A stretch of 64,000 bases of DNA from IMG/VR virus record IMGVR_UViG_3300009135_000001, positions 11,255-75,254 of that record; one strand, written 5' to 3'. How positions within the stretch are numbered: position 1 is the stretch's first letter; every line of letters starts with the position of its first letter. The position numbers and the translations under genes are program-made. The stretch comes from a virus. Of the stretch, positions 48,151 to 57,395 are shown piece by piece. The notes under the pieces are model-generated. The model ran no database searches, was not told the origin of the DNA, and saw only the letters and a list, made by a program, of their open reading frames with translations.

Positions 48151-48204
48151 AGCGCCGCGCACTAAACGCGGATGTCGGAGGTTCGAATCCTTCACGAGGC
48201 ACCA
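48127..48204 (+). tRNA. tRNA with CUA (amber) anticodon and non-canonical A33
   Basis: Complete cloverleaf: GCCTCGT/ACGAGGC; GCTC/GAGC; CCGCG-CACTAAA-CGCGG; GGAGG-TTCGAAT-CCTTC; ACCA. Confidence 0.8.
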
Positions 48205-48208
48205 ATTT

Positions 48209-48253
48209 TATACCCGATCGGGTATATTCTCACTTTATACCCTTGCGGGTATA
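48209..48253. promoter_or_regulatory. Two 18-bp palindromic operator-like sites
   Basis: TATACCC-GATC-GGGTATA (48209) and TATACCC-TTGC-GGGTATA (48236). Confidence 0.6.
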
Positions 48254-48381
48254 CGCCAAATGTGTCATATAACGGTCATAAAGCGGCTTAATGCGCCATA
48301 TATGAGACATAGCACCTTGCACTTCGTACCAAGTACGTCGTACTATGGCAGTCCCACAGCCCTACCAAGCATAATGCGAAG

Positions 48382-48882
48382 ATGACAAAACAATTGGTAG
48401 TAAAAAAAGACGTTGAAACAATGCTCGCCGATTTAACGGACATGCAACGTGGATACGCAGAAGCCCGGTTACACGGCCTTTCTCCACTTGACGCGGCTAA
48501 GGCAGCAGGATTCAGTCACCCATCAATACAATGTCACGCATACGAGAAACACCCGAAGATCTCTCCGATTATCAGTATGGCTACTTCAGCCAGCTTGGAA
48601 CGCTACCAGCTCTCCAGAGACGATGTAGTGAGTGGTTTCATGGACGCTGTGAGCGCGGCGGGGTCGAGTACCGAACTTACAGCAGCCTGGCGAGAAATTG
48701 GGAAGATGTTAGGTCACTACGCTCCGGAGCAACACGAGCACCGAGTCGCAGTCGAGAATATGACTTTGAACAAGCTGGAGACGATGTCGGACAGGGACTT
48801 GGCGGAGCTCGCAGAAATGGACGAATTTACTTTACCGAGGGATCACGAGTTAGTAGCGAAGTACGAGGTACTTGAGGAATGA
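48382..48882 (+). CDS. Terminase small subunit
   Basis: LTDMQRGYAEA..AAKAAGF HTH pattern; EIGKMLG; precedes TerL. Confidence 0.8.
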   Translation: MTKQLVVKKDVETMLADLTDMQRGYAEARLHGLSPLDAAKAAGFSHPSIQCHAYEKHPKISPIISMATSASLERYQLSRDDVVSGFMDAVSAAGSSTELTAAWREIGKMLGHYAPEQHEHRVAVENMTLNKLETMSDRDLAELAEMDEFTLPRDHELVAKYEVLEE

Positions 48883-49139
48883 CACTACAGGAAATAGCGC
48901 TGGTCCTAGCCATATCCACACCCGTGGCGGCTGGTATGGGCACAGGAGCGAAATTGTACGGAGACGCGAACTGGTGGGTCAGCGCAGCTGATTACAACAC
49001 CACGGAGCTGGAGAAAGTACAGAATGAGAAGTCGCTGTTGGAATTTGACAAGCAGAATGGTACGCTTACACCACGTGGGGCGCTTGAGCTCCAGCAATTG
49101 AAAGATCGGGAGAAACGGTTACTTTTGAAGTTGCAATGA
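48879..49139 (+). CDS. Small TM plus coiled-coil protein
   Basis: Hydrophobic N-terminus, heptad C-terminus. Confidence 0.6.
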   Translation: MTLQEIALVLAISTPVAAGMGTGAKLYGDANWWVSAADYNTTELEKVQNEKSLLEFDKQNGTLTPRGALELQQLKDREKRLLLKLQ

Positions 49140-49435
49140 GTGATGCGTATATAAAGAAGTATGAGAAAAACCATTCTGCCCTCAGGCGAGCGCCTGTTGA
49201 CGAACTACCGAACAACTGCGGACCAAAGTCGCGTAAGCGGGCTAAGCCTTATAAGATCGAGTCGCGTTGGACGTTATTTGACTTCGACCGTGATTGGTCT
49301 ACCCATAATCGCTATCGAACTGCTAAAGCCAGAGACCAAGCCCTCCGCAAGCTGCGACGTGACGAAGTACTGCGTACCGAGTGGATTAAACAACAGACAG
49401 GCAGGACTAGGCGCTCCTGCGTCGAATATCGATGA
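49136..49435 (+). CDS. Basic hypothetical protein
   Basis: Coupled ORF. Confidence 0.55.
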   Translation: MSDAYIKKYEKNHSALRRAPVDELPNNCGPKSRKRAKPYKIESRWTLFDFDRDWSTHNRYRTAKARDQALRKLRRDEVLRTEWIKQQTGRTRRSCVEYR

Positions 49436-51243
49436 CTGATGCTCTCGTTTGCAAAACTTGTGGGTTTACCAGCACGCAGATCAACAAATTTGGTTACGCG
49501 AAAGATATCTGCTCTACATGTAAATCTAAAGCAGATTCTCTGGCACTTAAAAGTAACGCAGCCAAGCGTCGTAGCGACGTCGATAAGGCAAGCGCACGAA
49601 AGGCAGCTAGGAAACTTGCAGCTTCCCAAAAGCGCAAAGCTGCCGTTACAAAACGTAAGGCTGAAAAGCAGAAAGCAAAAGACGCTGTTAAGGTTGAGCG
49701 CGCCGCCGTACGCCAGGTTACCGCCTCTAATGCGAGAATTAACATCGCGAAAAGAGAGCTGGCGATCAGACACCTGTCTCGACAGCATATGCTTCCATTC
49801 GTACTACGCATGGAGCCCGATGACTATCTTCCGGGGTGGGTGCATAAAGATATATGTCAACGGCTGGAGCAGTTTGAGAAAGATATCCTTGCAAAGAAGT
49901 CTCCACGACTTATGTTGCAGATGCCACCTCGGCATGGGAAATCTCAGCTCGCGTCTGTAAACTTCCCCGCATGGTACCTCGGACGGAACCCTAAACACGA
50001 AATTATAAGTGCGACGTACGCAGGATCGCTTGCGAAGGACTTCTCCAAAAAAGTAAGGGGGTTGATGCGTGAACCACGATTCAAACAAGTATTCCCAAAA
50101 TGCAACCTTAACAAAGACTCTCAGAACATCGACGGATGGAACACGACCGTCGGAGGCAGCTATGTACCTGCGGGCGTTGATGGTGGCATCACTGGTAAGG
50201 GAGCCCATTGTCTTATCATCGATGACCCTGTCAAAAACGCTGAGGAGGCCGAGTCGGCAACCCAGCGTGCGAGCGTACAGAGCTGGTATAGCTCGACGGC
50301 GTATACACGGCTTGCCCCTGGTGGAGGCGTCCTCATTATCCAAACTCGCTGGCATGACGACGACCTGAGTGGCTGGCTTGAAAACAAGATGCACGCTGGA
50401 GACGGGGAAAACTGGGAAATCGTCCGGTACCCTGCAATCGCGCTTAAAAATGAGCGTTATCGTAACAAGGGTGAAGCGCTTCACCCGGAGCGCTACGACG
50501 CAAACGCCCTTACAAGAATTGAAAGAGCTGTTGGACCTAGAGTGTGGGACGCTCTCTACCAGCAGCACCCAGTCGCAGAAGACGGAACCTACTTCACCAA
50601 AGACATGATGCACTACTATACGGGCAGCCCACCGGCCCGTATGCATTACTATGCTGCATGGGACTTTGCCATTGGTAAACTCGATCGAAACGATTATACT
50701 GTAGGCATCACCGTAGGCGTGGATATGGAAGACAACATATGGGTTGTCGACTGTCGGCGCGGAAGGTGGGATGCGTTTGAGATTGCTGAACAAGTAGTCG
50801 ATATGCACAAAGAATACGACGCTCATGTGACCGGGATAGAACGCGGTCAGTTGAGTATGGCTATTGGGCCATACCTGGATAAGAGGATATCGGAAGAGAA
50901 GGCGTACAGCTTGGCTCTGAAAGATCTCCCACCAGGGAAAAGAGATAAGGAATCCCGCGCCCGCGTAATACAGGGCCGGATGAGACAGGGCAAGGTGTTC
51001 TTTCCGAAGAACGCGCTCTGGATGACAGAAATGAAAGAGGAAATGATGAAGTTTCCTCTAGGCCAGCACGACGACATGGTTGACGCGCTGGCATACATAG
51101 GCTTACTCTTGCAAGATATGTCGCCACCACCGGAGTTGAAAGACCCAGACCCTTGGCAAAAGGGATGGAGGAAGCGCATGAAAACACAACTGACCGTACC
51201 ACGTGCAGGGATAGCGCACGGCGGCTCATTTATGAGACGATAA
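49432..51243 (+). CDS. Terminase large subunit with N-terminal zinc-finger/basic extension
   Basis: MPPRHGKS Walker A, IIDDPVK Walker B, QTRWHDDD, WDFA and HDDMVDA nuclease motifs. Confidence 0.95.
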   Translation: MTDALVCKTCGFTSTQINKFGYAKDICSTCKSKADSLALKSNAAKRRSDVDKASARKAARKLAASQKRKAAVTKRKAEKQKAKDAVKVERAAVRQVTASNARINIAKRELAIRHLSRQHMLPFVLRMEPDDYLPGWVHKDICQRLEQFEKDILAKKSPRLMLQMPPRHGKSQLASVNFPAWYLGRNPKHEIISATYAGSLAKDFSKKVRGLMREPRFKQVFPKCNLNKDSQNIDGWNTTVGGSYVPAGVDGGITGKGAHCLIIDDPVKNAEEAESATQRASVQSWYSSTAYTRLAPGGGVLIIQTRWHDDDLSGWLENKMHAGDGENWEIVRYPAIALKNERYRNKGEALHPERYDANALTRIERAVGPRVWDALYQQHPVAEDGTYFTKDMMHYYTGSPPARMHYYAAWDFAIGKLDRNDYTVGITVGVDMEDNIWVVDCRRGRWDAFEIAEQVVDMHKEYDAHVTGIERGQLSMAIGPYLDKRISEEKAYSLALKDLPPGKRDKESRARVIQGRMRQGKVFFPKNALWMTEMKEEMMKFPLGQHDDMVDALAYIGLLLQDMSPPPELKDPDPWQKGWRKRMKTQLTVPRAGIAHGGSFMRR

Positions 51244-51590
51244 TGAAAGTTAAAAGCGTAACACTTGAAACAGACAAAGGTGACGAGGTCACCATGAGCT
51301 TCGACGAGGTTGAAGACTTCATGAAGGCCATGCGCAGGCTGAAGAAGTCCTGTGCTGAACCGAAGCCTGAACGTGACGAACCAACTGAGCTGCAACAGCT
51401 CCAGGTAGAAATCCTTAGACTACAGGCTGAGGAAGCTCGTCGGCAAATGCAGCCACAGCAAATTCCGCAGTGGCCGCAACAACCAATCATCACGTACGGC
51501 CCGACCACTGTCGACACTGTTGGCCAGCTTATTGGCACCACAGTCGTTCAGAATGATATGGGTATGCTTGTAGGGAGCCAATCCGCTTGA
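51243..51590 (+). CDS. Hypothetical protein
   Basis: ATG at 51243 coupled to the TerL stop. Confidence 0.55.
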   Translation: MKVKSVTLETDKGDEVTMSFDEVEDFMKAMRRLKKSCAEPKPERDEPTELQQLQVEILRLQAEEARRQMQPQQIPQWPQQPIITYGPTTVDTVGQLIGTTVVQNDMGMLVGSQSA

Positions 51591-51838
51591 GCCTAGAACA
51601 GCGCAGAGGCAAGTTTAAAATGCATTCGGACGTTGTGTTTAGCAACGACCCGATGGTTGACGCGTTCTTCCGTCAGATACGGATTTACGATGCCAACAAG
51701 AAAGACGACGTCGTCCACTACAAAGGAGTGTCCCTGGTTTTCGAAGAGATCCTGGACGATGTGGTGGAGCCGTCGTATGACCTATACGTAGAATCTGGCA
51801 TGCTGTATGCCGAGCGTAACGACTTTCAGGAAAAATAA
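51587..51838 (+). CDS. Hypothetical protein
   Basis: TTG start after GGGAG; coupled to the portal gene. Confidence 0.55.
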   Translation: MSLEQRRGKFKMHSDVVFSNDPMVDAFFRQIRIYDANKKDDVVHYKGVSLVFEEILDDVVEPSYDLYVESGMLYAERNDFQEK

Positions 51839-53997
51839 TGTCAGTAGAAGCTACAGGGATGGCCGACAAAGCGGCCAAAGATAACTGGAACGCATACCAG
51901 CGCTCCAAGGACGCAGGCCACGATACCTACGTATCTATGGCTAAGAAGTGCGACCGCTTCTACCAAGGTGGTGGGCAGCAGTGGGAACTGGAAGACAGAT
52001 CCTTTCTTGAAGCCCTAGGCAAACCGGTCCTCGAAATTAACCTGATCCTCAGCACCGTTAACGCGCTGTTGGGCGAACAATCATCTCAGCGAGTAGACAT
52101 TGTATACAAGCCGAAAAAGAAAGCCGCCGATGAGACAGCCGAGGCCATGTCAGCCGTCGCGCTGGCGATACAAGATGACAACAGATTCGACTGGGTCGAG
52201 TCCCAAATCTTTGCCGACGGTATTATTCAAGACCGTGGATTCTACGATGTTAGGATTGACTTCGCGAAAGATATCACCGGAGAAGTTCGCATCACCGCAG
52301 AAGACCCGATCAACATTATGCTCGATCCGGATGCGAAGGAGTACGACCCTTCGACCTGGAACGAAGTTATAAAGACCAAGTGGATGACGCTTGATCAAGT
52401 AGAGGAGCAGTATGGTGCAGATAAGCGAAAGAAAGTCGAAGCGTTCGTCAACACATCAAACACCTTTGGGTCCGATTCAATCACCCTTGAGGAAGAGACC
52501 TTTGGCGAAAGCGACCAATGGTTCGGCGAATGGCAACAAAACGACGATTCGCGAGACGTCCGCAGAGTCCGAATCATTGAGAGACAGTTTAAGAAACTTG
52601 GCACTCAACGGGTTTGGATCGACAACGAAACCGGCGACATCTCGGAGATCCCAGAAATGGTTACAGATCTCAGAGCAGACAACATCGCCGAAGAACAAAA
52701 TCTTAGTGTTTCTACCCGTCGGAAAAGACGTATCCGATGGACTGTATCATGTGACGGGGTTACTCTCCTTGACGAGTGGTCGATCTATCGTAGTTTTACC
52801 ATCGTACCATACTTCCCGTACTGGCGCAGAGGGAAGCCGTTTGGTGTGGTGCGAAATCTACTCTCTCCCCAAGAGCAGCTCAACAAAATAGAGAGCCAAG
52901 AATTACACATTGTAAACACCACCAGCAACAGCGGCTACACGCTGGAAGCTGGCACACTCGTCAACATGACGGAGGAAGATCTTGAAGCAAGAGGAGCAGA
53001 AACAGGACTCGTACTGGTCCACCAGAAGGGATCTCAGCCGCCTCAAAAGATTAAACCGAATCCTGTGCCTACGGGAATTGACCGCATGTCTGCTAAATCG
53101 GCGAGTGCCATCCGCGAGATTTCAGGGGTACGGGCTGAAATGCTCGGGGAAACCAACCCTGAGGTAAGCGGCGTAGCAATGCGCGAGGGCCGCAAAGGCG
53201 GTCTGGTGCAGATGCAAGTACCGTTTGACAATCTGGCTCGTACTAGGCACTTAGTCGCCGAGCGCATGATGGAATTGATCCAGGACTTCTATACTGAGAC
53301 CCGCGTATTCAGAGTGGTTGATTATGAAGATCCTGAAATGGGAGAGAAGGAAGTTGAAATAAACGCCCCTCAACAGGACGGCAGCTTCTTGAACGACGTA
53401 ACGCTGGGCGAATATAGCATTACTATTAGCACGCAACCTGCTCGCGACTCTATGGAAGAGTCGCAGTTTGCTGAGGCGCTTAACCTCCGCGATGTAGGCG
53501 TAGAGATTCCTGATGACATCGTCATCGAGAACAGCCACCTGCAACGCAAGCATGCGATCGCCAAACGCGTACGAGAGAACCAAGGTCAAGGTGAACTCAC
53601 TGAACAGCAAATTCAGCTGCAAGAAATGCAGATGCAGATGCAAATTAAGAACAACCAGTTGACCCTGGCGGAACTTGAGGCTAAAATCGCTAAACTGCAA
53701 GCCGAGGCTGCTCTTACAATGGAGAAAGCCCGTGCGGAAGGTCGCAGTGCAGAAGAGTTTCAGATGGAATACCAGCTTAAACTTGCTGGGCTTAAAGGAC
53801 AGCTGGCTCAGAAAGCAGCGGACTTGCAGACCAGCTTGGAGTTGGCGGGGATTCATACTACCGCTGACTTGCAGAAGACCATGTTTCAATCAATGAGCCA
53901 GCGGACTACCGCTGAGCTTGCTAACCGGACCACAGTAGAAGTAGCTGGTCTGAACGCAAAGGCTAAAGCGCTGCCTTCACCGAAAGCGAAGACTTAA
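51838..53997 (+). CDS. Portal protein (podovirus type)
   Basis: 719 aa after TerL; FYQGGGQQW, INLI, SGVA pattern; C-terminal coiled-coil barrel. Confidence 0.9.
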   Translation: MSVEATGMADKAAKDNWNAYQRSKDAGHDTYVSMAKKCDRFYQGGGQQWELEDRSFLEALGKPVLEINLILSTVNALLGEQSSQRVDIVYKPKKKAADETAEAMSAVALAIQDDNRFDWVESQIFADGIIQDRGFYDVRIDFAKDITGEVRITAEDPINIMLDPDAKEYDPSTWNEVIKTKWMTLDQVEEQYGADKRKKVEAFVNTSNTFGSDSITLEEETFGESDQWFGEWQQNDDSRDVRRVRIIERQFKKLGTQRVWIDNETGDISEIPEMVTDLRADNIAEEQNLSVSTRRKRRIRWTVSCDGVTLLDEWSIYRSFTIVPYFPYWRRGKPFGVVRNLLSPQEQLNKIESQELHIVNTTSNSGYTLEAGTLVNMTEEDLEARGAETGLVLVHQKGSQPPQKIKPNPVPTGIDRMSAKSASAIREISGVRAEMLGETNPEVSGVAMREGRKGGLVQMQVPFDNLARTRHLVAERMMELIQDFYTETRVFRVVDYEDPEMGEKEVEINAPQQDGSFLNDVTLGEYSITISTQPARDSMEESQFAEALNLRDVGVEIPDDIVIENSHLQRKHAIAKRVRENQGQGELTEQQIQLQEMQMQMQIKNNQLTLAELEAKIAKLQAEAALTMEKARAEGRSAEEFQMEYQLKLAGLKGQLAQKAADLQTSLELAGIHTTADLQKTMFQSMSQRTTAELANRTTVEVAGLNAKAKALPSPKAKT

Positions 53998-54012
53998 TGA
54001 CGAGGCCCATAA

Positions 54013-55053
54013 ATGGCAAAGAAAGGCGCGCTAGACGCAGCACCGGAAGATGACAAGGAAGACATCGGTGAAGACACTATATTCGCAGGAGCGGACGAAC
54101 ACGAACACGAAGAAGCGGATGAAACCGTAGATCGTGGTGACGACCCAACAGCGGAGCAGATAGCCGACGCCGAAGCCGACGACGAAGAGGATGAAGTCAA
54201 AGAACCTCCCGCGAAAGCAAAGAAAGAAGCTGAAGCCGAGGACGATGACGCCGACGAAGAAACCGAGCAAAAAGCGGCAGATGAAGAATCTGATGAGGAT
54301 GATGAGGAAGAAGTGGGCGACGAGCAAGTGTCGAACTACGTCTCCAAAGATCGATTCAACGCCGTCAACGAGCGAATGAAGCTGGCCGAAGAGCAACTGC
54401 ACGCCAAAGAACGCGAACTCGCCGAGGAAGAGCCCGAAGACACCACTCCGAAATTCGACTTCGATTCGAAAGAAGTTGAGTACATGGAACTCGTCACAGA
54501 TGGCGAATTCGAGAAAGCCAAGACAATCCGCCAGGAAATTCGTGCAGCTGAGAAAGCTGAGTACGAAGCAGACGCGGCTCAGTCGGCCAACAACACCACG
54601 GCCCGTGTCAACGAGCAGATCACCTTTAACAACAAGATCCAAGAACTGAACGAAGAGTATGACACCTTCAACCCTAACCACGAAGCGTATGACCAGGTAT
54701 TGGTCGACGAAGCTGTGGATCGGCGCGATTTGTTTGTTGCTCGCGGCCTGTCCTTGGCAGACGCACTCGACAAAGCCGCTCGCGAAGTCGCAAAACTTTA
54801 CGACCTCGAAAGCAACTTCGAGAAAGCCGCCGACGACGAAATCGCCAGACTTGCGGCCGAGGAGAAATCTGCCGCACCGGCGAAAAAGAAAGTCGATGTC
54901 AAAAAGAAAGTAGACCAGGCAGGTAAACAGCCTCCTACTATGGACGAGGGCAGCGCTCAAGAAGAGCAGAAGTCCGCTGCTAGCATGACCGACGCAGAGT
55001 TCGAGGCTCTACCGGAGAGCACCAAAGCGCGCATGCGCGGCGACATAGTCTAA
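54013..55053 (+). CDS. Capsid scaffolding protein
   Basis: Highly acidic coiled-coil protein between portal and capsid; YVSKDRFNAVN motif. Confidence 0.8.
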   Translation: MAKKGALDAAPEDDKEDIGEDTIFAGADEHEHEEADETVDRGDDPTAEQIADAEADDEEDEVKEPPAKAKKEAEAEDDDADEETEQKAADEESDEDDEEEVGDEQVSNYVSKDRFNAVNERMKLAEEQLHAKERELAEEEPEDTTPKFDFDSKEVEYMELVTDGEFEKAKTIRQEIRAAEKAEYEADAAQSANNTTARVNEQITFNNKIQELNEEYDTFNPNHEAYDQVLVDEAVDRRDLFVARGLSLADALDKAAREVAKLYDLESNFEKAADDEIARLAAEEKSAAPAKKKVDVKKKVDQAGKQPPTMDEGSAQEEQKSAASMTDAEFEALPESTKARMRGDIV

Positions 55054-55097
55054 CTCAAGCCCGAGTCGGAGGGGTAAAGATATCCGGCGCAAGTACT

Positions 55098-55127
55098 AAG
55101 GGGGCTAAAACAGCCCCCTTTTTTATT
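55098..55127 (+). terminator. Rho-independent terminator
   Basis: AAGGGGGCT/AGCCCCCTT stem plus T-run. Confidence 0.7.
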
Positions 55128-55245
55128 GCTGATAATTTGCTCACATTCGTGTGCATTGGAACGTACACGGTAATAAATTCAATTCCCGCATAATGGCAGC
55201 GAAAGCCCTAATTAAACTTTTCTTTTAACTAGGAGTATACGAAAA

Positions 55246-56352
55246 ATGGCTACAACCAATTTTTCGCTGCTGACCGATGAACAAAAGACCGTGTGGTCTC
55301 GCGACATTTGGAAGGCGGCTCGTAACTACTCGTTCATGAACAACTTTACTGGTTCTGGCCCCAACGCCATGATCCAGCGCATTACTGAGTTGACCAAGAC
55401 CGAGAAAGGTGACCGTGCGGTCATCACCCTTGTTGCCGATCTGGAATCAGATGGTATCGCAGGGGACAACCAGTTGGAAGGCAACGAAGAAGCGATCAAA
55501 GCTTACGACGAGGTCATCACCATTGACCAACTGCGTAACGCGAACCGGTCCAAAGGTCGTATGTCTGATCAACGTTCAATCGTGAAATTTCGCGAAAACT
55601 CCCGTGACGTACTGGCTTACTGGCTAGCTGACCGTCTTGACCAAATGGCTTTCCTGACTCTGTCTGGTGTTGCCTACTCGATCAAGAATACCGGTGGTGC
55701 TGCTCGTCCTGCTGGTTCACAGCTTCAAAACCTGGCTTTTGCTGCTGACGTTACTGCCCCGAGCACTAACCGCCACTTTCAGTGGGACAAAGGTACCGAT
55801 TCATTGGTAGCTCCTTCTCCAGGCGACTTGGCAGCTGGCGCAATCGGAACCGGTGACTACGCATCCTACGCGATGCTTGTCGAAGCCAAAGCTCTGGCCA
55901 AGACTAGCTACATCCGTGGTATCCGTGGACCTGGTGGAGACGAAATGTACCACGTTTTCATGAGCCCCCAAGGCCTTGCCAAGCTGAAGCTTGACACTGA
56001 CTTCCTGGCGAACGTTCGTAACGCTGGAGCTCGCTCCAAGAGTAACGTCCTGTTCAGTGGATCTATCCCGACCATCGACGGTCTGGTTGTCCATGAGTAC
56101 CGCCACGTTTATACCCCCGACAGTGCCACTGCTTTCGCAGTTGACGCTCAACGGTGTATCTTCGCCGGTGCACAGGCAATGGGTATTGCTGATTTAGGCA
56201 TGCCTTACTGGGATGAGATTGACAAAGACTACAAAAACCAACAAGGTATTGCCGTTGGTAAGATTTGTGGCCTTTTGAAGCCTCAGTTCATTTCACACGT
56301 ATCCGCGACCACTGAAGACTTCGGTCTGATGGTCATCGATACAGCAATCTAA
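55246..56352 (+). CDS. Major capsid protein (N4-gp56/DUF4043-like)
   Basis: 368 aa; KGDRAVITL, LEGNEEA, IDQLRNA; strong SD and codon bias. Confidence 0.9.
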   Translation: MATTNFSLLTDEQKTVWSRDIWKAARNYSFMNNFTGSGPNAMIQRITELTKTEKGDRAVITLVADLESDGIAGDNQLEGNEEAIKAYDEVITIDQLRNANRSKGRMSDQRSIVKFRENSRDVLAYWLADRLDQMAFLTLSGVAYSIKNTGGAARPAGSQLQNLAFAADVTAPSTNRHFQWDKGTDSLVAPSPGDLAAGAIGTGDYASYAMLVEAKALAKTSYIRGIRGPGGDEMYHVFMSPQGLAKLKLDTDFLANVRNAGARSKSNVLFSGSIPTIDGLVVHEYRHVYTPDSATAFAVDAQRCIFAGAQAMGIADLGMPYWDEIDKDYKNQQGIAVGKICGLLKPQFISHVSATTEDFGLMVIDTAI

Positions 56353-56365
56353 GGGAGATACGACA

Positions 56366-56767
56366 ATGGCTATTACAAACAGCTCTTCACGACAGTATCC
56401 TCTTGTCGCTCGGGTAACTTTTATCGAGACTGACCTACCGGCCGCAGCTACTGCTTACGCCGCAATTGACGTTCCTGCGAACTCGATTGTAACTGGTGGT
56501 TACTTCGAACTTGGCACCCTGTTTGACGGCGGCGCAGACAACACCATCACCATCTCCGGTGGCGGGTGTTCAACTGCCGCAATCGATGTCGACGCAACTG
56601 GCGGTTCAACCGGCCTGACTGCCCTCACCCTTACCGGTGTGGTCAATGCAGCTGGCGATACCGTTGACGTAACCCTGGGAGGCACCATCGCTGGTACCGC
56701 TGGTGTTGCTTCACTGGTTGTCGAGTACATCGTAGTCGATCGCGACAACGAAAACCAAGACAACTAA
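56366..56767 (+). CDS. Capsid decoration/cement protein
   Basis: Small beta-rich protein immediately after MCP, with the same codon bias. Confidence 0.7.
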   Translation: MAITNSSSRQYPLVARVTFIETDLPAAATAYAAIDVPANSIVTGGYFELGTLFDGGADNTITISGGGCSTAAIDVDATGGSTGLTALTLTGVVNAAGDTVDVTLGGTIAGTAGVASLVVEYIVVDRDNENQDN

Positions 56768-56785
56768 TCGTCTTGCATTGCACGC

Positions 56786-56822
56786 TAGGCCCCTATACTG
56801 TAAAGTATGGGGGCCTATTTTT
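56786..56822 (+). terminator. Rho-independent terminator
   Basis: TAGGCCCCTATAC/GTATGGGGGCCTA stem plus T-run. Confidence 0.8.
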
Positions 56823-56843
56823 ATTAACCGGAGAAAACCTTAA

Positions 56844-57392
56844 ATGGCATACACAAAATACGTTTCAATTCTCGAACGAAGAGTCGCCACTGTTAAGGGA
56901 GTAACACTCTGCTTCAAACCGATGATCCCCCTGGAAGTTCACCCAGATATTGAAGAAGATGTAATCGCGGCAGGAATAGTCCGCGAAGATTTGTTTAACG
57001 CCGCTATGAGCGGTCATGCAGCAACCCAGGAAGAGTTGGTCGCAGCAACCTCGATCCAGCACCAACAAGATCAAGTCGTTCCGGAACCGGAACCAATTGT
57101 CATACCTGACGAAGACAACTTCGACAGCATTATGGCAGAGATGGAGGAGAACAAAGCGGAAGAGCACCAAAGGGCAGAAGCGAAAGCTCTGATGGAAGCT
57201 GAAGAAGCCAAAGAAAAAAGCCCCGCCTTCGATAAGGCAGTATTTGAAACAGCAGTGCGGGAAATCATCGCAATGAACGATCCTGCAAACTTAACACCCA
57301 AGGGAGCACCGAAGGCTGTTGTAGTGTCTAAACTCGTAGGTTTCGAGGTTAAGGCAATACAGATTCAGAACTTCCTCAAAACACTGGAATAG
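56844..57392 (+). CDS. Hypothetical virion-module protein
   Basis: Context; C-terminal small helical domain. Confidence 0.6.
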   Translation: MAYTKYVSILERRVATVKGVTLCFKPMIPLEVHPDIEEDVIAAGIVREDLFNAAMSGHAATQEELVAATSIQHQQDQVVPEPEPIVIPDEDNFDSIMAEMEENKAEEHQRAEAKALMEAEEAKEKSPAFDKAVFETAVREIIAMNDPANLTPKGAPKAVVVSKLVGFEVKAIQIQNFLKTLE

Positions 57393-57395
57393 TAA

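Noticed and set aside
43516-51243. Inteins or introns in the polymerase or terminase
   Set aside because: Catalytic motifs are at normal spacing, with no C-terminal HN-C/S/T splice motifs or LAGLIDADG blocks
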